In this document: positions 1 to 10,859 of the stretch, one piece after another
How the letters are laid out: each line of letters begins with the position of its first letter
Numbering within the stretch: the stretch's first letter is position 1
Assembly (NCBI RefSeq): GCF_044704955.1
Contig: NC_091990.1
Coordinates: 68,138,001-68,202,000 of the forward strand
Direction of reading: 5' to 3'
Origin: Pristiophorus japonicus
Taxonomy: Eukaryota
DNA: 64,000 nt
Translations under genes and position numbers: made by a program
Notes under the pieces: generated by a model
Databases searched by the model: none
Told to the model about the DNA's origin: nothing
The model's input: only the letters and a program-made list of their open reading frames with translations

Positions 1-212
1 AGTGTTACGCTGGTAAAAGTAAGCTACATGCCTGCTTTTACCACGCGTAAAAGTTTGAAGGACATTCGCTTGGCAAGAGTTGGGCAAATCTGTCTAAAGA
101 AATTTTGACAGATCGGAAAAGCCGCATCGCGCCCCAAGAAGCGGCTTTGCGAGGTCTCGCCGGGTGTGTGTGCACTTCGTACGCACGCAGCGAGGCCACA
201 GTTTTCATCCCA
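1..212. mobile_element. Right end of a non-autonomous Harbinger-like element (cut by window edge)
   Basis: Shares GGACATT..GC and GACAGATC/GGAAAAGCCG motifs with the MITE at 9698-10419; ends in TIR-like GTTTTCATCCC. Confidence 0.45.
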
Positions 213-214
213 AT

Positions 215-870
215 GTCTTCAGTTCCCGTTCCCTCACCACCAATTCCATCCCTCTCCCCAGCCACTTTCTGAGGCTGAACCCAACCATTCACAACCTTGG
301 TCTCTTATTTGACCCTGAGCTGAGCTTCCGACCCCATATCCTCTCGATCACCAAGACCGCCTACTTCCATCTCCGCCGTCTCAGCTCATCTGCTGATACC
401 CTCATCCATGCCTTTGTTACCTCTAGTCTAGACTCAACCAATCCAATTCTCTCTTTTCTGTCCTCTCACCTTGAACCCTTCTTAACTTGAGCTCATCTAA
501 AAGCCTGCTGCCAGGATCATAACTCGCAGCAAATCCCAGTCACACATCACCCCTATGCTCGCTAACATACATTGGGTCCTGGTCCGGCAACGCCTCAATT
601 AAAAAATGTTCATCCTTGTTTTCAAATCCCTCCATGGCCTTGCCCATCTCTACCTCTGTAACCTCCTCCAGTCTTACAATATCTCTGCGCTCCTCTAATT
701 CTGGCCTCTTGTGCATTCCCAAATTCCATCGCTCCACCATTGACGGTCGTGCCTTCAACTGCATGAGCCCCAAGCTCTGGAATTTCCTCCCTAAATCTCT
801 CCGACTCTCTATGTCTCTCTCCTCCTTTCAGACACATCTGAAAACCTACTTCTTTCTCCAAGTCTTTTGG
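215..870 (+). mobile_element. L2 LINE 3' fragment, decayed
   Basis: Translations LFDPELSFRPHILSITKTAYFHLR, TLIHAFVTS, GRAFNCMSPKLWNFLP are typical of the L2 ORF2 C-terminus; stops and frameshifts. Confidence 0.85.
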
Positions 871-934
871 CTGAGCCTTTTAAGTTGATTCGGCAAGTTT
901 TTTTAAAGATTTTTATTTTTGACTCCATTATGCA

Positions 935-1139
935 GGGGGCTAAAGTAGGCTCTGTCATCATTTCTCTCGGGGGCAGGAAAAACAGGCACCCTCCAGATGG
1001 CAGTCGGCACTGGAGTTTCTGGCAGTGTGGGTGTCAGAGGTGCACTCATAGTGATGCATGCATCTGCTAGTCCCACTGACTCTGCACACCCTGGCAGGGT
1101 CCGCACTGGCCACAACACAACAGATGCAATTTCAGGGCC
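935..1139. mobile_element. Short Harbinger-like MITE, decayed
   Basis: GGGGCTAAAGT at left and AATTTCAGGGCC at right resemble the TIRs of other Harbinger elements in the window. Confidence 0.4.
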
Positions 1140-1539
1140 AATGTATTATTCTGCTGCTAAAGTGTAGGCATGTAGACATTTATGGACAAGGTGTAATTGC
1201 TGTGAAATCTTGAAATGAAGGCATGGATCAGTTACAGGCCATGTAGATCATAGCCACGGTTCTGTTGTAGGGAAGTCAAATCCTCACAAGTAAACAACAA
1301 ACGGTCAACAATTAATGATCAGCACAAAAAATGATAGATCTATCGTCAGCACATCCCTTGGACCAATCTGCCATACTCGAGGAGAATAAAGAATGCCATT
1401 GAGCACAGCAGTGATACGGAAAATGATACCAACTAAGGAAGACCAGTCACTGAGAACATGTTATAGATACAGTCCATCTGAATTCAGCCATCCACAAGGA
1501 TCCGACTGGCTGCTCACCACACCATTCTCCTCTTTCTTC

Positions 1540-1800
1540 AATAATTCTGGGGTTTTCACTTCCACTACTCTAACAGGCATCTACTCCATGTGCTGATCAC
1601 TCTGTGTGTGAAGCAGAACTCCTGAGATTGTTTTCACCAGTTTGACTATGTGCCCCCTTGTCTTACCGTCACGCTGGAATTCAGGGTGGTCTTTTCTATA
1701 CCATTTTTTGGCCTTATATATCTCCAGGAATTCTCCTTCGGTTGTCTTCTTTCAAGCTGAACAGCCCAAGTTTTACTAGCATTTCCTTCTCACTTACAAT
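1540..1800 (-). mobile_element. Old CR1 LINE 3' remnant
   Basis: Minus-strand pieces LGLFSLK, EIYK, KTRGHIVKL, FCFTHRVISTW match the CR1 ORF2 C-terminus. Confidence 0.6.
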
Positions 1801-2189
1801 GAAAGCCGAGACAAACATAATGCCCCGATTATTGAGGGTGCCGTTTTATTGCAGTCCACAGCTGCCTTGACTATCCCAACCGGATGCAACCAATCAACAA
1901 AAGTAATAAGATATGCATACAATTACTGATCACTCTTGAGAGGCAACATGTGGAACGTACAATACATTTCAGAACTCTCTCTGTCAGTGTTTGCTTGTGA
2001 TATTATGTTCCTATATTTTATATTTTGTCAGTTTCTCCAAAGGAGGAGGGAGAAATTCCCTTTGTATTGGAAATAAAACTGTAAGAATGTGCATATATTT
2101 CACGAGAATACTTCTTTAATATAAATGCTCTGTGTTTGCTGAGACCCAGATATGTATTACAGGATGTCACACACTGCGGCTGTCCTTAC

Positions 2190-2316
2190 CTATTACGCAA
2201 AACGGTTTTCGAGCAAATCGCAGTCTCCCTTGCAATCCCCTGTACCGACAGCAGCAGCCCGCTGCCCAGATTCGAATTATGTACTCCAGCCCAAATACAA
2301 TGATCATGACGAATTC
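2190..2316 (-). CDS. KCNQ4: KCNQ (Kv7) potassium channel coding exon 3 (S2 and S2-S3 linker), best match KCNQ4
   Basis: TTTTGTCCTGTTCTCCAG acceptor, 127 bp, GTAAGG donor; phase 0 to phase 1; translates [42 protein letters not shown](D), the KCNQ2-5 triple-Cys linker; EFVMI start fits KCNQ4/5 and GLEY fits KCNQ4. Confidence 0.93.
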
Positions 2317-2516
2317 CTGGAGAACAGGACAAAATAAACAAGTAGCGTCAGTTCTATGTTTGCCTCCACTCTAAACTAGAACAGTCAAGCTCCAGTTCAC
2401 CCACGCCACATTATTGTGGTCCATACACTCATGTTCGTGATCTCAACCTGCAACCCGTCTACTCCACACTAATGGATTTAGCTTGCACTCCGTCCATGAG
2501 AGGGAAAGCTAATTAC

Positions 2517-2726
2517 TTTTGTGTTCCTAACATAGATGAGACTGCACACAGGGAGGTTAAAGTAACAGTGACCTCAGTTTTTATTAAGACACTCAGAGTG
2601 AGGAACAGGCCTTAGGGGCCGGCTTATATACAGTGCTCCCAAGGGATGTTGGGATCCCTTGGGACTTCAGGGGATGAGCTTCCTGGTGGCGGAACATGGG
2701 AGTGCATGCTTTACATATACACAACA
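2517..2726 (-). repeat. 3' LTR of Gypsy element (TATA box, AATAAA)
   Basis: 210 bp; about 17 substitutions and 1 indel versus the other LTR by eye; sense TATATAA at 2624-2630 and AATAAA at 2580-2585. Confidence 0.92.
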
Positions 2727-5700
2727 TCACTCCCCCCCAAAGTCAAAGTGAAAACTATTTACAAGGTGAGACTCTCGGGAGCCTTTCTTTTCCTGGTGGA
2801 CCGCCTCGGTACAAATGTCTGTTCTGGTGTGTTGGCTGTGCCCTCGCTGGGCTGGCGTATTGTTGGCCCTGCAGAGCTGCTAGGTGAGCCTGGCCTTGCT
2901 GGGCTGTTGGGCGTGATGGGTTCGATTTCCTGGTCCGGGGTGGTGTCATTGATCCTTTGGGTGTGTGTTGTGGGCTCGAAAAAGGTGGTGTCTGCTGTGG
3001 GTTGTTCAGGGCAGTCTGTGAACCGCAGCCACGTTTGGTCCAGGTGCTTTCTGCAAATTTGTCCATTGTCTAGTTTGACGACAAACACCCTATTCCCTTC
3101 TTTAGCTATCACCGTGCCCGCGATCCACTTGGGACCATGTCCATAGCTTAGCACATACACAGGGTCACTCAGATCAATTTCCCATGACACAGTGGCGCGA
3201 CCATCGTTTACATTTTGTTGCTGCCGCCTGCTCTCTACCTGATCATGCAGGTTGGGGTGAACCAGCGAGAGTCTGGTTTTAAATGTCCTTTTCATGAGTA
3301 GCTCAGCCGGGGGCACCCCTGTGAGCGAGTGGGGTCTCGTGTGATAGCTGAGCAGTACTCGGGACAAGTGGGTTTGGAGTGAGCCTTCTGTGACTCGTTT
3401 GAGGCTCTGTTTGATTGTTTGTACTGCCCGCTCTGCCTGCCCATTGGAGGCTGGTTTAAACGGGGCCGAGGTGACATGTTTGATCCCATTGCGGGTCATG
3501 AATTCTTTAAATTCGGCACTGGTGAAACATGGCCCGTTGTCACTGACCAGTATGTCAGGCAGGCCATGGGTGGCAAACATGGCCCTCAGGCTTTCAATGG
3601 TGGCGGTGGCGGTGCTTCCCGACATTATTTCACATTCATTCAATTTTGAGAAAGAATCCACCACCACCAGGAACATTTTACCGAGAAACGGGCCCGCATA
3701 GTCGACATGGATCGTTGACCATGGTCTGGAGGGCCAGTACTACAAACTTAGTGGTGCCCCTCTGGGCGCATTGCTCAACTGAGCACACACGCTGCATTGC
3801 CGTACACAGGACTCTAAGTCAGAGTTGATACTGGGCCACCACACATTGGATCTGGCTATCGCTTTCATCATTACTATACCCGGGTGTGTGCTGTGGAGAT
3901 CCGAGATGAATGTCTCCCTGCCCTTTTTGGATAACACTACGCAGTCCCCACAACAGGCAGTCTGCCTGAATGCACAGCAGAGGATCTTGGATGGTCCAAG
4001 TCCAAACTGGCGGGCCGTGACAGGTGATTTATCATTTTCAAACACTTCCATGACCATCAACAAGTCTGCGGGCTGTGCCACCATCAACAAGTTTACAGGC
4101 TGCGTCATTTCCACCCCCGTGGTGGGCAATGGTAACCGATTGAGAGCATCTGCACAGTTCTCGGTGTCTGGCCTGTGGCGGATGGTATAGTTATACGCTG
4201 ATAGCGCGAGTGCCCACCTTTGTATACGGGCTGAGGCATTAGTATTTATCTTCTTGTTTTCATTGAACAGGGATTTGAGGGGCTTGTGATCGGTTTCCAG
4301 CTCAAATTTGAGGCCAAACAGGTACTGATGCATTTTCTTTACCCCGAACACACACTCTAATGCCTCTTTCTCAATCATGCTGTAGGCCCTCTCGGCCTTA
4401 GACAAGTTCCTGGAGGCATAGGCAACAGGTTGCAACTTCCCCGCAACGTTAGCTTGTTGTAATACACAAGTCTTTTACATGGGTTATACAATACAAGCAG
4501 CTTGTTGGAGCATAAAATGTTTCTGGCTTTCTCAAAAGCAATTACTTGTTTTTTTTCCACACACCCAGTTCTCACCTTTGCACAATAACACATGTAGGGG
4601 CTCTAAGAAGGTGTTTAACCCCAGTAGGAAGTTACCAAAATAGGTGAGGAGTCCCAGGTATGACTGCAGCTCCGTGACGTTCTGTGGCCTGGGCGCGTTC
4701 CTGATAGACTCTGTCTTGGCGTCTGTGGGCCGAGCGCCGTCCGCCGCGATCTTTCTCCCCAAAAACTCCACTTCTGTTGCCATGAAAATGCATTTCGACC
4801 TCTTCAGCCGCAGCCCTACGCGATCCAGTCGCTGGAGGACCTCCTCCAGGTTTTGTAGGTGCTCGACAGTGTCCCGACCCGTGACCAATATGTCGTCCTG
4901 AAAAACCACCTTGTGTGGTACCGACTTGAGTAGGCTCTCTATGTTTCTCTGGAAGATCGCTGCAGCCGATCGAATTCCAAATGGGCATCTGTTGTAGATG
5001 AACAGTCTCTTATGTGTGTTGATGCAGGTGAGGCCCTTCAAAGACTTCCAGCTCCTGCGTCATGTAGGCTGAAGTCAGGTCGAGCTTGGTAAACGTCTTG
5101 CCTTCTGCCAGCGTCGCAAATAGGTCGTCTGCCTGAGGTAGCGGGTATTGGTCCTGTAGCGAGAAACGATTAATGGTTACTTTGTAATCGCTGCAAATCC
5201 TGACTGTGCCATCACTTTTGAGTACTGGAACAATTGGGCTGGCCCACTCGCTGAATTCCACTGGGGAGATGATGCCTTCGCATTGCAGCCTGACCAGCTC
5301 GATTTCCATTCTCTCCCTCATCATGTGAGGTACCGCTCGCGCCTTGTGGTGAATGGGTCGTGCCTCTGGGACCAAATGGATCCGCACTTTCACCCCGGAA
5401 AAGTTTCCAATGCCTGGCTCAAAAAGGGAAGGAAATTTGTTAAGAACCTGGGTACATGAGGCCTCATCGACATGTGATAGCGCTCGGATGTCATCCTCGT
5501 TCCAGTGGATTTTTCCCAGCCAGTTCTTTCCAAGCAGTGTGGGGCCATGGCCCGGGACAATCCAGAGTGGCAGCTCGTGCACCGTGCCTCATAGGTGACC
5601 TTGACCATGGCGCTGCCCAGGACAGTGATAAGCTCTTTGGTGTACATTCTCAGTTTCGTGTGGATGGGGCTCAGGGCTGGTCTGAGTACCTTGTTGCACC

Positions 5701-6770
5701 ACAGTCTCTCAAACATCTTTTTACTCATGATGGCTTGGCTAGCGCCAGTGTCCAGTTCCATGGCTACTGGTAAGCCATTCAATTTTACATTTAGCATTAT
5801 AGGTGGACATTTCGTCGAAAATGTGTGCACCCTATGTACTTCAGCATGTGCCTCCTCTCTCTGAGGCTCGAAATTGCTTTGATCCATCATGGACCGATTT
5901 TCCTCTGCCACATGGTGGTGAGCAGGTTTTGCAGAGCTAGCAGCTCGTCTGCAAGCTCGTTGGAGGTGCCCCATTGTTCCACAGCTCTTGCAAACATACC
6001 CTTTGAAGCAGCATGTATAGGCTGAATGGAAGCCTCCACAATGCCAACAAGGTGTGAATTGCCTTGCATTCATCCTTTGTTGCGGACTCTGAATCATCTG
6101 GGTCACCTGAGGCCTGCTGGCAGTTGCAGACTCGTGGTTTCTGCCCTGTTCATTTCTGCTCGCAAACACAGTTCCAGTTAATTTATGAACATTGCTAGCA
6201 CTTGTGTGCTGAGAGATTTGTTTGGTGTTATCACTGGTGGACATAAACGTCTGAGCTATCGCAATGGCCTTACTGAGGGTCGGTGTCTCTGCAGTCAAAG
6301 GTTTTCGTAGGATAGTCTGGTGGCCAATGCCTAGTACAAAAAAGCCTCTGAACATTTGCTCCAGGTAGCCATCAAACTCACATTGTCCTGCAAGTCACCT
6401 TAGCTCGGCGACGTTGCTCGCCACTTCGTGACCTTCAGATCGCTGGCATGTGTAGAATCGATACCTCGCCATCAGCACGCTCTCCTTCGGGTTAAGATGC
6501 TCCCGAACCAGTGTACACAGCTCCTCATACAACTTATCTGTGGGTTTCACCAGAGCCAGAAGATTCTTCATGAGGCTGTAGGTCGGTGCCCCGCAGACTG
6601 TGAGGAAGACCGCTCTCCTTTTTGCAGCGCTTCCTTCTCCAGCTCGTTGGCTACAAAGTACTGGTCTAGCCATTCGACATAGGCTTCCCAGTCCTCACCC
6701 TCCGAGAACTTCTTCAGAATGCCCACAGTTTGCTGCATCTTTGCATTGGATTCGTATACTCGTCGCCAGT

Positions 6771-6981
6771 TATTGCGTTCCTAACACAGATGAGACTGCA
6801 CACAGGGAGGTTAAAATAACAGTGACTTCAGTCTTTATTAAGACACTCCAGAATGAGGAATATGCCTCAGGGGCCGGCTCATATACAGTGCTCCCAAGGG
6901 ATGCTGGGATCCCTTGGGACTTCAGGGGATGCACTCCCTGGTGGCGGAACATGGGAGTGCATGCTTTACAGATAAACAACA
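6771..6981 (-). repeat. 5' LTR of Gypsy element
   Basis: 211-bp direct repeat of 2517-2726, adjacent to the PBS. Confidence 0.92.
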
Positions 6982-7024
6982 AATACCATCCAGGCTTTCA
7001 AGCTAATTATACCATTAAGCTTCT

Positions 7025-9597
7025 GGGGGTGAAATTCGATAAGGCCAGAAAACAGACCCAGGCTCTGCAATGTGAGATATGCCCAATCAGAAAGCTAGCC
7101 TGCTCCTTTTCAAGGTAGTCTCCGGCTCTTAAAGCTGAACTACCTTCAGCAAAAAAAATTAAAACCCTGCAGAACTGGGCACTCTACAGCTCTTAAAGCT
7201 GAACTGCCTTCTGCACATAAAACATGATAAAATCGCTTCAGCGCTACCACAAATGGCTCAACAGACCAGGGAAGGGGTACCTCGGGTCTCGCACGCAGCA
7301 TTCCAACTTTGTGCAGGGGATCAACACTAGAAGAGAGGTCCTTTATCCATAGGGGACCAGCAGGCCCTCCAGAAAGATGTGGGACCAGATTGTCGAGGTG
7401 GTCATTGCCAATAGTGTCACCCCCACAACTTGGCTTCAGTGCCCAAAGAACGTCAGTGAATGCATCTTCAAAAGCCGTCTCCTACCAACTGCACCACTAG
7501 CCTCACACACTGCTCAATGCACGAGCCTCACCCCCATCACTCACCTACCAACAATCTCAACCAATCACGAGGCACACCGCATATTCCGAGCTTCACCTCA
7601 CCCCCTTGGAGGAGAGCGTGTTGGCCATTCTGAGCAGGGGCATGGCTGAGCCCTTGGCCAGCGGCGGGGCTCAAAGAATACAACATCACATCACACTACC
7701 CTTCACTCCACAGTCTCTTCTGATTTACAAGCTGCACTTTGTGTAAGTATGCACCTCTTGTTTTACTTCTCTCCCTCACCACAACCCGACCATTGTGCCT
7801 TCCGCATTTCACTCACCCAAGAAATCCAGCCTGCCCAGCCAGTGATTGACCAGATTAGGAAAAGGGGAGGTGCAAAGAGACCTGGGTGTCATGGTACATC
7901 AGTCATTGAAGGTTGGCATGCAGGTGCAGCAGGCGGTTAAGAAAGCAAATGGCATGTTGGCCTTCATAGCAAGGGGATTTGAGTACAGGGGCAGGGAGGT
8001 GTTGCTACAGTTGTACAGGGCATTGGTGAGGCCACACCTGGAGTATTGTGTACAGTTTTGGTCTCCTAACCTGAGGAAGGACATTCTTGCTATTGAGGGA
8101 GTGCAGCGAAGGTTCACCAGACTGATTCCCGGGATGGCGGGACTGACCTATCAAGAAAGACTGGATCAACTGGGCTTGTATTCACTGGAGTTCAGAAGAA
8201 TGAGAGGGGACCTCATAGAAACATATAAAATTCTGACGGGGTTAGACAGGTTAGATGCAGGAAGAATGTTCCCAATGTTGGGGAAGTCCAGAACCAGGGG
8301 TCACAGTCTAAGGATAAGGTGTAAGCCATTTAGGACCGAGATGCGGAGGAACTTCTTCACCCAGAGAGTGGTGAACCTGTGGAATTCTCTACCACAGAAA
8401 GTTGTTGAGGCCAATTCACTAAATATATTCAAAAAGGAGTTAGATGAGGTCCTTACTGCTAGGGGGATCAAGGGGTATGGCGAGAAAGCAGGAATGGGGT
8501 ACTGAAGTTGAATGTTCAGCCATGAACTCATTGAATGGCGGTGCAGGCTAGAAGGGCCGAATGGCCTACTCCTGCACCTATTTTCTATGTTTCTATGTTT
8601 CTAAGAGGGAGGAGAGTGAAGAAGAGGAGACACCGTCACTCGATTTCACACTCCCAGCCACCCGCTCCTCGAGGTCGTCCAGCAAGGCCACCTGCAGTGT
8701 CCCCCACTGAGAGTCAGCAGCCTTCCAGCAGCCTTGCTGCAGCTCCTGGGGGAGCACTGCATGACATCACCAGGATAGACAAAGGCACACACAAGACAGG
8801 CACTAACGGAATGCACAAAGGTGATTAGTCGATTTATTGATGTAATGTTGGATGCATAGATGGATAAAGTTGGTTTGGAAAGTTTGCTTTGTGGGGGCTT
8901 TTATCTCAGCATCGTGGCCAAGAAAACGCTGTGATGGTCAGTAACAGCGGGAAGGGAAGGTGTGGGACTGATGGTGAAAGGGGAATTGGGGTTGTGGTCA
9001 CTGGGGCCGCAGGCGGATATCCCGAGCTGTCGGAGTTGCCTCCTTCCTTCCACTTCCTCCTCTTCTACTTCCTCCTCTTCCACTTCCTCCTCTTCCCTCT
9101 TTGAGTGGCTTATCTCCTTACCTCTGCTGCACCTAGAACCCCAGGATTGGGAGCAAGTGCTGTTCTGAGAAGCCTTACTTTAAAAGCCAAAGCCTTGCAA
9201 ACATCCAGCAGCGCTCCCTGCAACTTCAACAACTTTTTAAAATGTATTGCACCGAGCCACTGCTTCACTAAAATGTCAAATACAATCCGAAAACAAAAAT
9301 CTAAACTTTCCTGAGAGATGCACAGGGTCTCTGATGTACTGCTGCACACATGTTCTTCCATGCATGGCAAGAACGGCAAAGTCTAAACTCACAGCTCGTG
9401 CATCAATCCAGGCGTTGCACACCAATTGACGTTACTCTCTGCATCCTTTAATTGTGGGCGGAAAGCATGGGGAACAGCAGGGCTGCTGACCTGCCCAAAA
9501 TGGTGGCCGCCGTATTCCGCGCTGAAGCCAGGCAGCTGCCAATTTTTCATCAAAACCGGCCTTAACGATCGGCGCTATAACTTCCAATTTTGCGGCC
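7025..9597 (+). mobile_element. Harbinger/PIF deletion derivative with Myb/SANT gene remnants, interrupted by a CR1
   Basis: TIR-like GGGGGTGAAATT ... AATTTTGCGGCC; MWDQIVEVVIANSVTPTTWLQCPK (Myb/SANT-like); PLEESVLAILSRGMAEPLASGG and KTGTNGMHKGD* match the Myb gene at 25760-27100. Confidence 0.75.
7843..8603 (+). mobile_element. CR1 LINE, 5'-truncated, (TTCTATGT)n tail
   Basis: ORF 7846-8505 with [43 protein letters not shown]; CR1 3' UTR and octamer tail. Confidence 0.95.
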
Positions 9598-9697
9598 TCT
9601 AAGTGTGTACAAACAAGATATTCCTTGTTATTGTTAAAACACCATTTGAAAGGTACAGTCTTTCAATAAATGACACTGAGCAAGAGTTAACAATGTT

Positions 9698-10419
9698 GGG
9701 GCTGAAATTGCTGTCAGAGGCTCCCTGCGGGCAATTGTCTCCGACCTGAACATTTCTACGCAAGTACCTGGTGGTCCCGGAGGAGCGTGGGATTCCGGTG
9801 GGGAGGCCTTCTCTTCCCGCGCTGCGGAGCGCGCTCCGATCCTCCAGGTTCCCATGGAGACAGTGCAGTCACGTGTGACTGCTCAGCCAATCAGGTAAAG
9901 TATTCTCAATTAATAGCAATGGGAACTCCGTCTTTACGAGCTCTCATTGCTAGTAATGAGAAAAAAAAACAAACACATTAACACCAAATTAAAAATTAAA
10001 AACACAGCTCACATAATTAAAATTAATTTAAATTAAAGTTAATAAATATCTTCGAGAAAAAAATATTTCCGAGTTTTTACAAAGTTTTTAAAATTTAAAA
10101 TAAGTTTAACGTGGGCAGGATTTTAAAAATAAAATGTGTTTTTTAAATTTAATTAAATTATATTTTTGTGTATTTTAAAACTCTTCGCCTGTAACAGTAG
10201 GCTATGCGCCTGCCTTTATCAGGTGCAAGAGTTTTGAGGACATTTGCTGGACAAGATATGGGTAAATCTCGCAATCTTACCCTGGCAAATGTCCTTGCTC
10301 CCGAGATATGGAAGATCTGTCAAGCTCGGAAAAGCCGGTTTTCAGCGCATGCGCATTGTGCGCCTTCCCGGATCCGTAGACATTCCGTACGGACTCGGGG
10401 AGGCTGGGATTTCAGGGCT
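9698..10419. mobile_element. Non-autonomous Harbinger-like element (MITE), AT-rich core
   Basis: GGGGCTGAAATT ... GATTTCAGGGCT termini; homologous, in opposite orientation, to 61930-62689. Confidence 0.75.
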
Positions 10420-10479
10420 ATTATATCTCATCATATAAGTGAGACACCTTGATAGATAGGCACAGTGAATTGCGTAACG

Positions 10480-10845
10480 GAGACACAGAGAAAAGTTCGG
10501 CTGGGGGGCGGTACCACTCGTGCGGTGCAGAGGTCCCGCCTCTCACCGGAAATTGGGGTTACAACCCCTGAGAGGAAGTGGAGCACTAAATAAAGCAACT
10601 CGCTTCCTTTCTGGGGCAGACACATGGGGAGGGGGCGCAGCGTTACGCACTGGGCTGCATAGTGCTGCCGCGTAGGAGGGGCTCTTCGCTGAATTAAAGG
10701 GATGGGCCCAAGCTGCAAACTCTGCAGTAATGAAACCTGGACCACCGGGGAGTGAGGGTGCCGTGACAACAGATGGCACTCAGTCAGGCTGACCAATCGC
10801 GGCCCCTGTCCCTGCAACCAAAGCGCCAACGGGGTGCACAAAAAC
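10480..10845. mobile_element. GC-rich interspersed repeat fragment, probably a Harbinger-like MITE
   Basis: ATTAAAGG..GGGCC(C)AAGCTGC.AACTCTGC..CCTGGACCA motif shared with 46120-46462. Confidence 0.45.
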
Positions 10846-10859
10846 TATCAGCAATATTT

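Larger units (their letters stand above)
2517..6981 (-). mobile_element. Gypsy/Ty3 LTR retrotransposon with both LTRs, decayed gag-pol
   Basis: LTRs 2517-2726 and 6771-6981; PBS TGGCGACG next to the 5' LTR; PPT GGGGGGGAGTGA at about 2727-2738; TSD ATTAC/AATAC; zinc knuckles CWHCGGFH and CKSCGTMGHLQRAC, protease ELDTGAS, RT FQDDILV, RNase H ETDHKPL, integrase HSTHPG..CSVC, SDNGPCF, NGQAERAV; several frameshifts and deletions. Confidence 0.96.
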
